Shown: one piece after another, positions 37,606 to 52,314 of the stretch
How the letters are laid out: every line of letters begins with the position of its first letter
Position numbering within the stretch: the stretch's first letter is position 1
Source of the DNA: Lingula anatina
Lineage: Eukaryota > Animalia > Brachiopoda
Direction of reading: 5' to 3'
NCBI GenBank assembly: GCA_051362555.1
Contig: CM120647.1
Span: forward strand, 5,456,001 to 5,520,000
Length of the DNA stretch: 64,000 nucleotides
Position numbers and translations under genes: made by a program
The notes under the pieces: generated by a model
The model's input: the letters and a program-made list of their open reading frames with translations, nothing else
Databases searched by the model: none
What the model was told of the DNA's origin: nothing

Positions 37606-40600
37606 CACGTAGTCTCCAGGGGCAATGACTTCTCCTCGCCTAGAACAATTTGTCTAAAGTCGTTTTTTATGTGTTTAAGTTACGTAATCTGTGTAGAGTG
37701 TACAAGCTCAAAGTAGAATCTACAGTTGGTCCAGCAAGGTATCAGGTTCTGTTGTTTTCAAACATTAGCCAGTATGTAGATTAGATGTTTGAACCACAGT
37801 CATTATGTATTATCATTACAGTTAAAAAGGAATAGATCGGGTTATTTTAGGGAGAAAAAAATATGATTTTTTTAGATACAATTTGATAAAAAAATTAGCA
37901 ATTGTGCCTGTGCTAGGATTTTTTAAAAAGATTATACACGCCTTTTACCTCAATCTGTATATCTTTCGCGACCTGTTGTAGGCATGTTCAAGACTTACTT
38001 GTTTAAAAATAAATTTGGTCTGAAAAAATTTAATCTAAATCAAATCTCTTTTAGTTTTTGAGCCACCCGATACACAAAGTCTCCAGGGGCAATGACTTAA
38101 TTAATTAATTAATTTCTAGTATATTAATTTCCGTAAATGGCGCCGTCACCTTTTAATTGCAGTTCCTTCAGCAGAATATATCCATGTGATTAACCAATGG
38201 ATCAACGGTACAAATGAAAAGCTAGAATGGAAAGCTTTTAGGGTTGTGCTTTGGAAAGATAACAATCATTTAAAAGAAGTGTTTTTAAGCAAACAAAAGT
38301 GATCAAGCCCATCTCATTCGACCTTCCATCAACCAAACGAGATAAGTATTATTCCACACAATAGATTGCTATTAAAACTATATACTGCACGCCATCTGCT
38401 TGTTTTCGCTAACTTCTCCCAGGGCTCTATTACCTTTTGTTCGCCAAATCGCTTTTGTTCCAAACGCATTTACTACTGAAAATATCTTATTTTGCACGAG
38501 GTAGAATGCAGCTTCAGTGCAGAGAGGGGGGGGAGGGGCAGGGAAGGAGGAATGTGTGTGTGTCTATGGGGGGGGGGGGGGGGGGGGGGGGCACAGCGAG
38601 CGCGTGCCCCAGTTCTTACTTTCGGTGATTTTGACTCCTGCTCCTCCTCCCCCACCCGCCACCCGACCCAGGTACCTGTAACGATCGAAACGAGGCAAAA
38701 CCAGGCGATTTCCCCGTCTCTGTGTCCTGAATGTTAACACTAAACAGCCTTTGTATACTGTTTTGATATTTGCCGATCGCCTCTGCTCCCCACCTACTCA
38801 CTGTCAACCCCACCCACCCCCCCCCCCCACCCAGTAAGGCGAATGATACAAACATATAAGTGTCAAATCCAAGTGTTCTCAATTCCCCATTTCTTTCTCC
38901 CTTTGTTCAAATAATGATTGCATCCGATGTGGAACACATACACCGTAGAGCACTTCTGAACTCATAACAGATCTCTGGAACGTTTTGACAATTATTGATA
39001 GCATGAATTCTACATGAGGTAAAGATCGGTATAGAGGCGCGCTCAAACTAGGTCCAACTACAGATCGTTAACATTGGTCCGAATACCGTGGGATGTGGTG
39101 ATATTGCAGGCACGCAACATTTGAGTCGTTTAAAAGGACAAAAGAGACCATTATGGGAGAGCGTTTTTTTTTTTTTTTTTTTTTTTTTTAATTAAATCTT
39201 GTTGGATATGATATAGGCCTATATTGGTCTTTGGACATACTTTTTTCTTCTTTTTTTCGACTACTAGCGTCTTATTAAAGCGAATGGTTCAAATATTTAT
39301 ATTATTAAGTCAGTGGAGTTTCTTTTCACGCATGAGTTTGGTAGCGATGAAACGTGCTATGGTGCACAAACCTCTTTTGAGGAATATTTGTGAAAATTAG
39401 AGCCATATCATTTTGGAATCGGTTTCGGATAAACAGCATTAGTAACACTACTGGTAACACTACATGTATTTTCAATCCAGGAGAAACAAGTAAACAGGAT
39501 AGAGAAGCATCAGAGTTAAAGACAGTAAGCATCCTAGGCCATACACAATTGTATACAATTTATAAATAGGTTGTCTAGAACAGTTATTTATTAATAGCTA
39601 TAGAAATAAAAATTATTTTTCGTCTACTGACCTTTTTTCCATGGAGAATCGCCATGGAGACTGCCCTTATAATATAGCGAAAATTCACAGAGCAAGTATA
39701 AGGACTGTCTCACCATGTTGTGATAATTTAGACAAGGCCTGCGTTGCTCAGATCGAAAAATGTCCCCTTTTCTTAAGCCGAATTAAGTCTGAACGCTGTC
39801 AGCCCCACCTTAACAATTAGATACATTGTACATGTTAAAGTGAGCATGATAACAGAGCTTCCATCAAAATCCGTGGACAGTTTGTCGATATTGATGTCAA
39901 TATAGCGGTGACGATATCTGGATCGCGTTTCAGCCGTAAACAAAGCGATCTATCACGTATAATACATACACAACACATGTTTACTCGAAGTGCCATGGAA
40001 CATCTCGGGAAACAAACAGGTGGGAGAGGCTATTGTATTAGCTTATTTGAATAGGAAGAATAGGACCCACAAGATAATGCCTGAGGCATTTGGCGGGATA
40101 ATTAGATTACTGTCCTAGTGTCGATTCGAGATGAAATAACTCCACACGCAAAAAAAAAGTTTTCATATTGTTATTGTGGTATTTTCAGATCTTTCTAAAG
40201 GCACAACCATTACACTGCAAGAGAGTGCTTCGTAAAATAAAGCTAAGACTTTGCTTCATTAAACGCGGTCCGTCGTACTTAAACAAAGCCCAAGTCGAAA
40301 TCCTCGTGGGGTTTCTGAGCAGTGGATAGACTTACACAGACACCCTACTGCATCCCTAACTACCAAACACTTGCTTAATTTTAGGGCAAGGTTTATTGGA
40401 ACATTGTTCTTGTTAACTGGGCCCGTCTGAACTAAGACCACACATACAGAGGGGAATCAACGCGAACCAGGATCGTTCTTCTTCCTCTTGTTCAAGCAGT
40501 GGAACCGAATTGACAGGGAGTTGCACCAGGGGAGTACTCCGTCCTGCGTCAGAATAATGGACAATTTGATTGTATTACCTCACGCAGGCACTGCATAATG

Positions 40601-41952
40601 TGACAACACGTAAGAATGACAGGTGTCAAATTCTGGTAATTATTCCAGAAGTGTTGCAAAACGGTGAACATCGGTCACACTTCGAACACGAAAGTATAAA
40701 GTCTATCTTTTTTCACATTTCTTTTTCTCCGTGAAGGACGTGGTTTTTACCCGCGCTCATGTTTCAGTAAAGGCTTTACACAATGAACCTAGAAGTACCT
40801 TCGCCAAGTGGACTGTCTGAAGTGGGAATCAACGTTGGCAATATTCCTCAAGTGCAAAACATTTTGTGACTTGATGATGTGTCATTGGGGTTTTCATTGA
40901 CTTTTTTTTTTTTTTTTTTTTTTGGTTTGCAGTCCAGTGATGCAAAGCGTTCTTGTTATCTTACTGTCTTACTGCACTAAAAGGGGGCAAATTGGCAGAA
41001 GCAGTAAGTGGAGAATTTTGTGAACCCATTGTTCCCAATTACATACTTCGTCTGATATATATATGTACAGGACGTGCGCAGCGAAGTTTCCCTTTTCTAT
41101 CGACTAACAAGATCATAAATCATCAAAACACATAGAAAAGAACGACTCTGGGATTTTTTCTGCAGGTGCCCTGTGTTCTTCTATTGGCGAGTTTTGCCGC
41201 GAGCGTTGGAAGTCAACAGCTTTTCAAGCCGCCCATGCATCAAAAGTACCTAAAGCGCTCCCATGACGGATAGTCAGGAAGATTAATCGGCTGTCTGCTT
41301 TAACCGCGGACGCATCCGTGTTTTTGAAATAAAAAAGACGTCAGACAACAAACAGCAGCGGCAGGACTACATGTACGTCCAGGAATGGGTTTCAACCGAA
41401 AAACATTTTACTGCGATAGCTCTAGTATTTTGTCGCTGTGACAAAAGTAGTTGGAGGTGAAAATTATTGGACATAAGGATTCTGTCGCTTTGCATTATTT
41501 TGATGAACCTGTAGTTTTGTTGCTTCTACATGTATATGTTTTGGGAACCGGAAAAACTTGAATGAATTTCTCATCAGGCAGGGTTGAAAAAGAATTTTCA
41601 CGCCAAGACAGAGTGAATCATTATCGATTAAGATACAATCTAGATGAAAAAGGCCTTTAGTACTATGAAAGGACATTGACCGTCTGCTCCTTTTTCACTA
41701 AAGCAAGAATAATAACAAGACAGAAAGGTAAACTCAAGATTCAAGCCACCGGACCAACGGTTTCACCTTACTTTTCACGTTGTTTTTCTCATTTTGATGC
41801 GTCAGTAGGACGGTCTATGGTGCATGATCAGTGTGTATTGACGGGCTTTTTTAGACGTCCAATAAATACAAATGTAAGACGCCCACATCGCTGGCAGAGA
41901 ATTACATCGTATGCAAAACATTATTCTTCTCTGAGCTATATCACGTAAAACA

Positions 41953-44847
41953 ATGGAGGACATTTTCGACGACCCCGTGATGCTGAAAAGATTGCAGAAC
42001 TTACCACCAAAACTGAGGGTAAGAGTTCAGTTATTTTATATGAAATAATTTTCTATGCAATAAATAATTTGATATAAGTAATATTTTACTTTTAGTAAGT
42101 AACCATCGTCAGCGGAATTGGATCCAAAAGCAGGCTTCTTGAGAAAAATAAAAACATTTAATTATATGCCGCATTTCAATGGTCAGCGCAGTTCTCTGCG
42201 AGACGGAAGTAAAATGATTGAAACTTTACTACCATATTATATGACTGCAGTTCCCTCGAGTTTTATCCACGAGATGTCCGATGTATTTAGTTTTTTTTAA
42301 AGCTTCTATTTTATTTCATTTTAATTCCATTTACATTTCTTCTTTCTTCATTTTTCTACCACTTCATTTCTAATGCCATTGTCAATACTCTGACAGAATT
42401 TTAATAATTTTTTCCTTATTTATATATTTTCTTTTTTATTTTATTTATTATTTTAACTTTTTTTCTTTTTGTTGGGTGAGAAGGCGCAAAAGTACAGGGG
42501 TACAAGGTAGGAAATGGTATTTGTTATAAGATTGGTCTGTCAAAATTGATTCCATTTATGCCATGTCAATAGATGACCAAGTCCTGCAGGCCCGTAGCCA
42601 GCAAATTCAAAAGGGGGGGGGGGTTCTTTTTCTGAAAAAGAGGACCTTTTAAAATGAACCTGAAGTGTACCGATATTAATTTTTACCCAAAATGGGCCTT
42701 TTCCTGACAAAACGGGCGGTTATTTCGACCCCCCCCCCCCCCGCCCCCCCCCCCCCCCCCCACTTGGCTACGGGCCTGTCCTAATACACTGTCCCTTGGA
42801 GACACGTCGGACACCTGAGGAAAATCCCTCATCTTCCTGCAGTGAAAATCAATTATCATCAAAATTCATCCGAGTACCTAGTAATTCTATAACCACATAA
42901 GCCGGAATTGTTCCCTTGAATCAATTTTCACAAGAACCATACTGCTTCGTTTTACGAGTAATCCCAGAATCTTACACAGAATTTCGCTTACTTGAAGGCA
43001 CTCTCTCCGAAATGAAGTGAGCTTTCAGTTTTTTGAAGAACGTCATAAATGATTACAATAGTTTGCATGAGAGGTGGATTCTATTTTAAACGGCCTTGGT
43101 CTTTCAAACATTCCAGGAGTTTGTACTCCACGCGCCAGACACCAAATACTTAAGGTGCTTTCTTAACTGTTTTCCCTCGTCAATCAAAAGGTTTGGCCCG
43201 ATTTTTCTGCGCTTGGTTGACAAATATAGTTCGCATAGTAGATAAGTAAACTTCGCTCTCCCGCCCAAATGTGCAGGGCACAGGGCTAGAAAACCTTTTT
43301 TTTAAGGGGAAAATATATAAGGTACACAGGGGTTGTGGGGGAAAGGTAACCCCTGTATCATTCATTGGTAAAGCAATACCGTAATCCAGGCCCTTCTCTC
43401 TAATAGTACTCGGTAGATAAGGAATCTCCATTCTCCCGCCCTAATATGTATGGCACATGACTGGAAATCACTGGCTTATTTGTCATGAAGCACCCCCCCC
43501 CCCCCTCCAACCAACACAAACACACACCTTTTTTTATTTAGTGGAGAATTAATTAGGTACGCAGGGGGCTGTGGGGTCAAGGTGACCTCTACACTAGCCA
43601 TTCGTAAAGCAAGACCATCTTTGAACGCATTTTCTCTCGCACGGTCACCCTTTCCATGCATCCGACTATGTCTCTCGCTTGCTGACGTCACTTGGACTAC
43701 AACCAGTTTGGGTTAGGCACGTTGTGAACGCTCTTCCACTCTTAGGGTCATCCGATACTCGCACATTGATATCCTCTTCCGACAAACACCATTAAGTGCA
43801 TCTGTCACCCACAAATCGATAACAATTCTGAATAAATCATGAATTGCACATGTTATTCATCCTGATGGAATAGATGAGTGTCTAATGGTACTGTTGATGT
43901 CCATTGATGTATTGGAGCCATTAGCTTGGCTGTGACGGGAGTGGTATGCACATCACTAGGGGGGATAGTTATTTTCAACCTGTCGTTTAAAATGACCAAG
44001 GGCCAATGACCTTGACCTTGTCAAGGGAGAAGAAAGGCTGGGGGGAGGGGTCAACGGAGTCAAAGACGGTCCGCTCTCAAATTTGAGCTGCCGTTAGCTT
44101 TCTCTTAAAATGGTGTCAAATTAGAGTAAAAAAACCTTCTTCACAAAAAGACCACCTTCTCCCCTGTTTTTTTTTTTTTTTTTTTTTTTTACAGTTGACT
44201 TCAAGTCTGATCTGACGGCCTATTTGGTCCTCCAGGCCTTTCATCTTATATAGGTACATGTAACTCTTCCATGAATTATTTGAGATGGTGAAGTAATTTA
44301 ATGGCTTGGCATGTCTGGGTTCGGTGTCACAAAAGAACGTGGTCCCCGGTCTGTTTCAAAGAGTGGATCAAAAATTACGGTTGGGGATCTTCGTTACGAA
44401 AAAAAAAAAAGAAGCAATAGCCCAGATAGTGAATCATGCCTTTCTTCGTGCAACAGAGGCAAAATATTTCATTAATAGGCATAATATTTTATTATAAGAT
44501 TGCCGACTTTTTTTTATTAAAAATGTCGGTCTAGGTCGAGCCCATGTCAAAGAAAAAAATCATTTCATTTTTTAAAAAGGCCATCATTTTTATCCGTTAA
44601 ATATTAAATGTTTTATACAGACTCCACCACTTGCTTATTCCAGGTTGCCTACATGAACGCCGCACAGCGCGTCATAAACCATAGCGTCACCAATGTCATT
44701 CGGGACATCCGCTCGTCAAGACAAGCCATGTTCCAAACCGCGCTGGAGATTGTGAATGAGCAAGGCGACTTGAAAGAGAAGCTGGAGGACCTGAGAGAGA
44801 AGAGATTGAAATTCATGGAAGCTCATAAACGCTCCAAGACAATATAG
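41953..44847 (+). CDS. Small uncharacterised helical / coiled-coil protein, at least 2 exons, ~89 aa
   Basis: Exon 41953-42018 (MEDIFDDPVMLKRLQNLPPKLR, in-frame stop upstream, AGG|GTAAGA) splices in phase 0 to 44644-44847 (TTCCAG|VAYMNAAQRVINHSVTNVIRDIRSSRQAMFQTALEIVNEQGDLKEKLEDLREKRLKFMEAHKRSKTI*). GC-richer codon-like composition. Confidence 0.6.
42587..42778. mobile_element. G/C-tract MITE with termini related to the 34770 element
   Basis: Perfect 14-bp TIR CAGGCCCGTAGCCA ... TGGCTACGGGCCTG. Flanks TCCTG / TCCTA (5-bp TSD with one mismatch). Confidence 0.75.
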
Positions 44848-45761
44848 AAACAATTTGGCTGTAACTTTTCCTTTTTTTTTCTTTTTTGAAAGAAAGAAAC
44901 CGGATTTTTATCACATTAATAGATTTTGGTGGGACTTGTTTTTTCTTTGTTACTCGAGAAGTTGACTGTCGCGTGTACATGGCTTATACTGGATACGTGT
45001 TAAGTCTCTAACCCTTGCATACGGCGCCACTTGGAGATTCTATTTATCGTTTTGGTGCCTTATTATTTTCCCAGGAATATTTCACAGGGATGGCAGTCCG
45101 CTAGGAACCGTAGCCCGCTCCCTATTTCTTTGTACAGGTGGCACTCGTCAGATATATTAACCCCAATACCCCTAACCTGTACTAATCATATGGTATCTCG
45201 GACTCCCATTCCTAGGACTACACAAGTACCATTCCTGTCACACCGATGTAAAACTCCATACTCGGAATAAAAATTTATCAAACTTTTCGCACGGTTTTGT
45301 TGCAACATTCTAAGCACATTTTTTTTTCTTTTTGGATTTATGACATATTCAGTTCATTCTGGTTTCTCAAAGCTATACAATCCACGTTTGAAAAAAAATC
45401 TCAAGTTCTCCATGTCTACATAGCATACAAAATTGCCCACCTTTCCGAATTACAACCTCTAAAATAAATGTACCCGATGTCGAGAATACCCTTGGAAAGG
45501 CAAGGAAAGGCATGGCGGTCTAAATGGCCGACTATGAAGGCATTTAAAAATAAATTAATTATATATGAGAGAGAGAGAGAGAGAGAGAATATTCCGAGGG
45601 AAGTTTGATCTGGCGGGTAAATCCCGGATGGTATTCCTTTAAACTTTTTGTCCATTGAGTTCGTCATAAACAACGAAAAAACATCATAACTTTAAAAAAA
45701 TGGATTGATCAACCGACTTTTGAATTCGGCATGTATTTTATGAACATTCGTCAGCTCTGTA

Positions 45762-46084
45762 AGGGATAATAACTCTTCTTTTCGGCCAAAAAAAAAATTT
45801 TCTTGTAGTAAACAACAATTTTCCCATACTTACCAATGGTTGATGAATCCATTTTTACATTCAAAGTCCATGTTTTTTTTTTTTTTTTCTAAAAAGTGGT
45901 TTTTTGTTAAAATCATCAGCATAGCCATCAATGGAGGTCACGTGGTCTAAAGACAAGCTCAGATATCAGAATAATAGCTATAACTGCCGTTTTTGTGGTA
46001 AAACAGAATGTATTTTACTTCTATGAGTTATTCACAATGTTTTTATTGTGAAATATAGATCTCATATGTAGAGTTGTTATCCCT
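45762..46084. mobile_element. Kolobok-like non-autonomous element
   Basis: TIR AGGGATAATAACTC ... GAGTTGTTATCCCT followed by TTAA. A second copy begins TTAA-AGGGATAATAACTCTTCTTTT at 63936. Confidence 0.55.
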
Positions 46085-46751
46085 TTAAGGACAGGTCATT
46101 TTTTTTCCACTTATTGTGTTAACAATGAAAGTGCACGGCGACGACAGACAGATGATGGCTAAGGACACATACAGACACTGTGTCTGTACATTTAAAGCTT
46201 TGTTCACTTGTAACACGAACATCTATAGAAAAAGACAACGGAAGTGAAATTCCATTCACGTTTTTATTATAAACCACTTCCCCATCTCTGATGGTTCACT
46301 TAGAAAAATATCAAAAATGATTTAAACTATAAAGTCAATAGCAAATGTGTCTTGATCTTGAAAATGACTCACTTTAGTGTACCGTTAGTTGCCATTTGGG
46401 CTTATTTGCTATACGGTATCCTCGTATTGAAACAAATTATGTTGAAATTGTTCAACATCACAAACCTACCAATTGCTCAGAAAAAAATCACCTGATAGCG
46501 TTGATTGCACCAATATTTACCATGTCGATCATTGTTGACGTATCAGTAGTATCATTTACTCATCTTCACATTATGATTTGGTGATGCATTCTACCATTAC
46601 AAAAATTACAAAATAAAAGAATCTAAACGCGCTGCTTTCAGATTTGAATACTAGGAAAAATAGCAACACCGTATAATAATAATAAGAAGAAGAAGAAGAA
46701 AGATTGTCAAAATAACCATGGGTTAAACAGCAGCAAATATAAACTTATTTC

Positions 46752-49700
46752 TCACGCGGCAAACAAATCTCTAAATATATTCTCCTCATCCGAAGGGCTG
46801 ACTTGGGTTTCCTCGATCTCCTTCAAAGGTATGTCCAGGCACCCTAGGGCTTCGTATAACTCTTTAAGGACTTCACCCTCTTCCTTGGGGTCATTTGCAT
46901 CATCCAGGGGAATCATCCCGGGGGCAGGGGCATTTGCAACATCTCTGGTGGATTCGACTACAGAAACCCGTGTACTAAGGGCACTTCCCTCTTTACTTTG
47001 GTTATAGTTCATACTGTTTTGCGTGGTGGTATTCGACTTCAAATAATTGTCATAGTTAAGGAGCGGGATCATCTTTGAACGAGGACTGGAGCTGCAATTT
47101 GTTCGACTGAGCTTAGAACCCCTTCCAGATGCAGGTTTCACGGTTTCTTTCTTCTTCTCACACACAACGGTCAATACATCACGTGACACACCCTGATTCT
47201 TGTTCACTGGAGTCAGTTTATTGGAACAAATTCCTTTGAGAGGGACAAAGACAACCGGCAGTCTTTGAACAGCATTACTACCACTGCCATTGTTTTCTGC
47301 CACCAACCTCAAACACACTTCCCTCTGGTTGCCATCAGAATTCTGAGACAGAGAAAACTGTACTGCTCTCTTGGTTGGAGATCGGACAGCATCAGCAGAA
47401 TTGACTTCTGCTGGGCTTATCTTGTTGGGTTCCACAGGCTGATTGCGTAGAGCCTTGGGTGTATAGCCAGCAAAGGTGGAGCCCTTCTTTGTAGTCTTGG
47501 GGTTCATATCCAAAAGTCCTGGCTGTTTCTTTTGCAACAAAGATTTCACAAGCGAGACATACGGTTTGCTACTCGCACTGCTGCTAACACTGGACAAAGC
47601 AGGGCTGGATCGTCTGCCAACTTCAGAACCATCTACAGACGTCTTGGGGGTGGTGCCATCCTTTGTGGAGAGGGTAGTGGCTCCCCCTATCGAGGAGGGA
47701 GTGAACATGCCTGCGACATCTTTTTTAGGCTCAGAAACGTTACTGCTTGGACCAAGGCTGAGGAAAGACAGGCTTGGGAAAGGGGATGCAGTTTCAACTG
47801 GAGCTTCCAGAGACGTTGCTATTGTTGCTGCGGCTGTTGCTGCTGACAGTGGCATCATTAACGAGGAAGATGTGACATTTCCAATGGCACTTGTTCCACC
47901 AGAACATCCTCGACTCCCAGAAGACTTTCTCATGTTTGCCTTTTGTTGAAATGGTCCAGAAACCCCACAGGTTGAAGGCAAAGGATTTTCCCTTTTTCCT
48001 CTTGACCTCTGGTATGGTGTCCTCCTTGGCCCACGCTTGGTGTCACTTTCTTTATTGGGCATCTTATTCCCTTCACTGTATCCTTGAACCAAAGCACCGC
48101 TGGTTATCTCAATACTCCCGGTGATCTTGCCAACAGACCCATCATTCGAGCGTGCTTCTTCTGGCCGACACAAAGGCGGTAACTTTAAAGCTGGTTTGTT
48201 TTTGACCATCCTCCTAAACAAGCTGACACTCTTTGTCAGATGGGATGGAGGCTGAGACGCAGAATTTTGGGAGACTACCACAGAACTGTTGCTTTCCAGT
48301 TGATTTAAACCATTACTAGTGGTCACAATGTTGGAACCACTACTACAAGGTGTGACAGACTGACAAGTGGCGCCACCTTCACCATTGACAACACCACCCA
48401 CATATTCTAACACTCCACCAGATGGCGTTGAACACCGGGACAGGCTACGCCCAGTGTCACCCAAACTGCCATCAAGAGAAGACACACTGGACTTCATGCT
48501 AGTTAAACCACTGGCGACTTTTCCTTGACCAGAGCAGGTGTCTGAGACTGGACAATTGTCCACCTTGGTGGTTTCCTCAACCTTCAGGACTGCTGGGTCT
48601 ACTGCAGTTTGGCCACTCAGAGAACCCTGACCTGGGACTTGTCCCTGGTTTATCAAGACTTCTTGCTTGGGGTGATCTACTGAAAGATTATCTGCAATAC
48701 TGCTCATGGAAACAGCACCAACTGAGGCATTGACCATTTTAACATGTGCATCCCTAGTTGTTATGGCATCAGTAGGCACTGTTGGTGTACATTTTAAACT
48801 GCTGTCGCTAGCGTTTACTCTAATATTGCATCTGGCGGTCAATTCACTGTCAACAGAACTGGTTGTAATGGCAACGGATCCTTTACAAGGGACTGCTGAC
48901 AGAGAGGGGGGTGTGCTGTTGCTGGTAGACAGTGCGGGGAGACTGCTCTCCATCTCCCACATAACAATGTGGACCTCCCCTGGTAGAATGGCTGGCTCTT
49001 TGTTCTCAAAATGACACAGGGGGTGCTTCATGTCATCACACTCCATCCACTGGTGGCCTTCAATGGAAAACAGGAGTAATGAAGATTAAATTGAGCAATT
49101 GTAAATATACAAATATTCACAGATTCTGATGTGTGTGAATAATTGCAAATATAGAAATATTCACACAAATTAAAATCTCGTATCTGTGAGATCTGCTTGA
49201 CAATGTCCATTTCTTTTATCTCTTTGGGAACAGCAAATAAAAATGTTGCTACGTACATGTATCAAATAAAAGATTTTTTCTCACTTTTTAAAAGGAAACC
49301 TTTAAAACCAAAGTGGGAACCTTTCATGGTTTAAAATGTGATTTGTTCATATTTTCAAACTTGACCGAATCTTTATTTTAAATGCCAATTCAGTCATTCA
49401 TGTCTTTATACTTCATCAAATAGACTTAACATAAAACACTTGGAATCTAACACAGCAAAGGGCGTACTTTCACGTTAAATATGACATTAGAAGAAAAGTC
49501 TGCTGCAAATATGCAGCTTTTTTTTTCCATCAAACAACAATGACCTGTTAAAGCAAAAAACCAATAAAATTAAGGTATTTAGACAAGCATCATGTTTTTA
49601 TAATCTTGTTTAATAGTCACGAAATTCAATATATATATTCCAATGTATAAGATAACATGTTCCACGAGCCCACATTAAATGACTTTTTGAAAAGAAGTTT

Positions 49701-52283
49701 TCATGAGGTCAGTCAGGTACTTAGAACATAAAGAGTTTTCCTGTGACACCAGATTAATTAAAGAGTTAAAATAACTTCAAAGCAAGGTCAAAGAAACAAG
49801 ATGATTGTCATCATTAGGCTAAAAATAACACCTTCCCTTTAAAACAATGTAGTCTATTGTTGATCAAATTGAACCACTGTCATAAGTGAACATCTGACAC
49901 TTTTCACTGAAAACCAGTCACACCATGACACTTGACCTTTGACTCAATAATCTGTTGAAACTCCGCCCTTTGACAGCCATGTCTCACAACTTGAGACTTG
50001 ACAATATGATTCTTATCTTTCGGAACTTGACCCTTTGACAGTCATCTATCACAAATTGCCATTTGGCAATATGACTCAGTCTTCCCGAACTTGACAGTTG
50101 TGCGTCACACTTACAACTTGGCTCAGTCTCTCAAAACTTGACCCTTTAAGTCACGTGACACCTTAAAGCTTGACATGACTAACATGACTGCCATTTTTTG
50201 CTAGATTATCTGTCACAATTCAGTATTTCAACTGCTATAAAGACTCAGTGGCACATCAACATGTGATATTTTGACCTACTTGACTTATCTGGACACTAAA
50301 CATTTTGACTCTATAAGTCACAAAGTGTCACTTTACTACTGTAACTCTATCTCAATGCTTGACTCAATGCCTTACTTCTGGCATAATTTGACATTTAACC
50401 AAACTGTTTGATTCCATGTTCTGACACAAATTAAAATTTGCTATTTTACTCGTTTTTAGAAGTTGCAATGTGATGCATAACCTCTTTAAATATACCGTTG
50501 TTATAATTTGACACATGACAGTATAACACAAGGAGTTGGTTACTGAAGTCATCCTCTCACATTCAATATCAGCAGTTAATAATGAAACCAGGGGGTCATA
50601 AAATCATCACAAAGTCTCAGTTTTTTTTTCTTTTTTTTGCAAATCAGTGTGTTACACCAACATTATTTAAGAAGTAAACAAAGATTACCTACAGTTATTA
50701 AGTTAAGAAAAAAATACACAATACACTTTTTTTTTTTTTTGCATTAATCACAACTTTAAAAAAATTCTACTTGATTGACAAAACTTTACATCAGAAAAAT
50801 GTGCAAAAAAGAGTATTGCATATAGCACATCAAAATACAAAAAAGTGCTACTTGCCTGTTTCAACCTACCTATTGTTGTTAAAGGGCGGCCGGTTTTTCT
50901 CCAAGTATATGGCATCATTATTCCAAAACAGGCTGCACAATAGCTGGGTTGCAAAACATTTTTTTTATTTTTTAATTTTTCTTTTTTGCTTTAATGCTTT
51001 TTTCAAAGCAAAAACCCTTTCCCACCCTCACCCCTCCATCACTCTTTTTCATTTCTTTTTTTTTTTTTTTTCCAGAAAAAAGTTTCAAAATTTTCCAAAA
51101 CTGATTTTGGGTGCACTTTGGGTAAAGAATATCAAACATGATAATTTATTAAAACACAAAATGTCTTATATTAGTTTTAAAAATTTGTTTTCGTCCGAAA
51201 CAAAGTTTTTCCAGATATTTCAAAATCTGTATTTTACATTGTGACATTGCAAACTGCCACATTTTCAGACAGGTCACAAAAGTTATAAATTTTTCTCTCT
51301 GGCTCACAACATGCAGTCTATAGACAAATTGAATGTGTTCACCATATTCAGAGAACCAAAGTCACAAAATTAACCTATGCAATAAGAAATGAGACAAAGC
51401 CATAACTTATATTCTTGTTCTCATATAAAATGAAATTTACACTATTTATTTTAATCATCTAATTTTTTTTTTAATGACTAGTTCCAAAAATCAGAAAAAA
51501 GTTATTTTTGAATTACAAACACCATTTTAATCACGTTACTTGTAGCCACACAGTTACCATAAAAAATTATGTATGAAAACTATAGTAACCATGGTAACTC
51601 ACCACTAAGAAAACAAAATGCTTTTTATACACGTTCTCTGTTCTTACCAGCCAAGGACAAGATAAAAAGGAATCATTTTCAATGGTTTCTGAACATTGTC
51701 CCAAACAAGTTTGAACAGCCTCAACTCCACCAATATTTAAGAAGATGACGCAGAAAACCCATCTGTATAAACCATAATGCATAAGACAAAACTCCATCAG
51801 TCCAACAGATGCAAGGGAAAATGAGACGCTTGGACGACGAACACAGACTTAAAAACCAACTCACCTGGCAAACACGGGTACAAAAACTTATGATGTCAAC
51901 ACACTCTTTGAATTTGCAGACAACAGCAGACGATGATACGTAAACAGACTTTTCATTTGAAAACTATACCCATGGGTTCCTAACTTCAAATAACCAAGTC
52001 ATTAGCTTTACAATTGTAGACAAAAGACAAAATATAGCACATGTACTTGTGTTTATCTGTGAGCATGTAGGTCTCATTGCATGGCAGCATGTTAATTTGT
52101 TTGTGCATGTGCATTTTTTTTTATTTAACTGAATGCAGTAACTGGGATGTGTAAATATTTTCAAAAAAATTTGACGGAAGTTGACATAACTGGACTTGTG
52201 AAGAGTCTAGCTATTACGTGGTATATCCAGATTCTTTTGGCTGAAATAAGTGTTTGTACTGGGACCTGTTCACTATCATGAAA

Positions 52284-52314
<31 letters not shown>

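Noticed and set aside
38437-38882. GC-rich ORFs around poly-G/poly-C tracts
   Set aside because: Low-complexity repeat-like DNA with no coherent coding signal or definable ends.
47265-49014. Several plus-strand ORFs over the last USPL1 exon (also 54271-55318, and 58889-59392 on the minus strand over RITA1)
   Set aside because: Antisense shadows of real coding exons.
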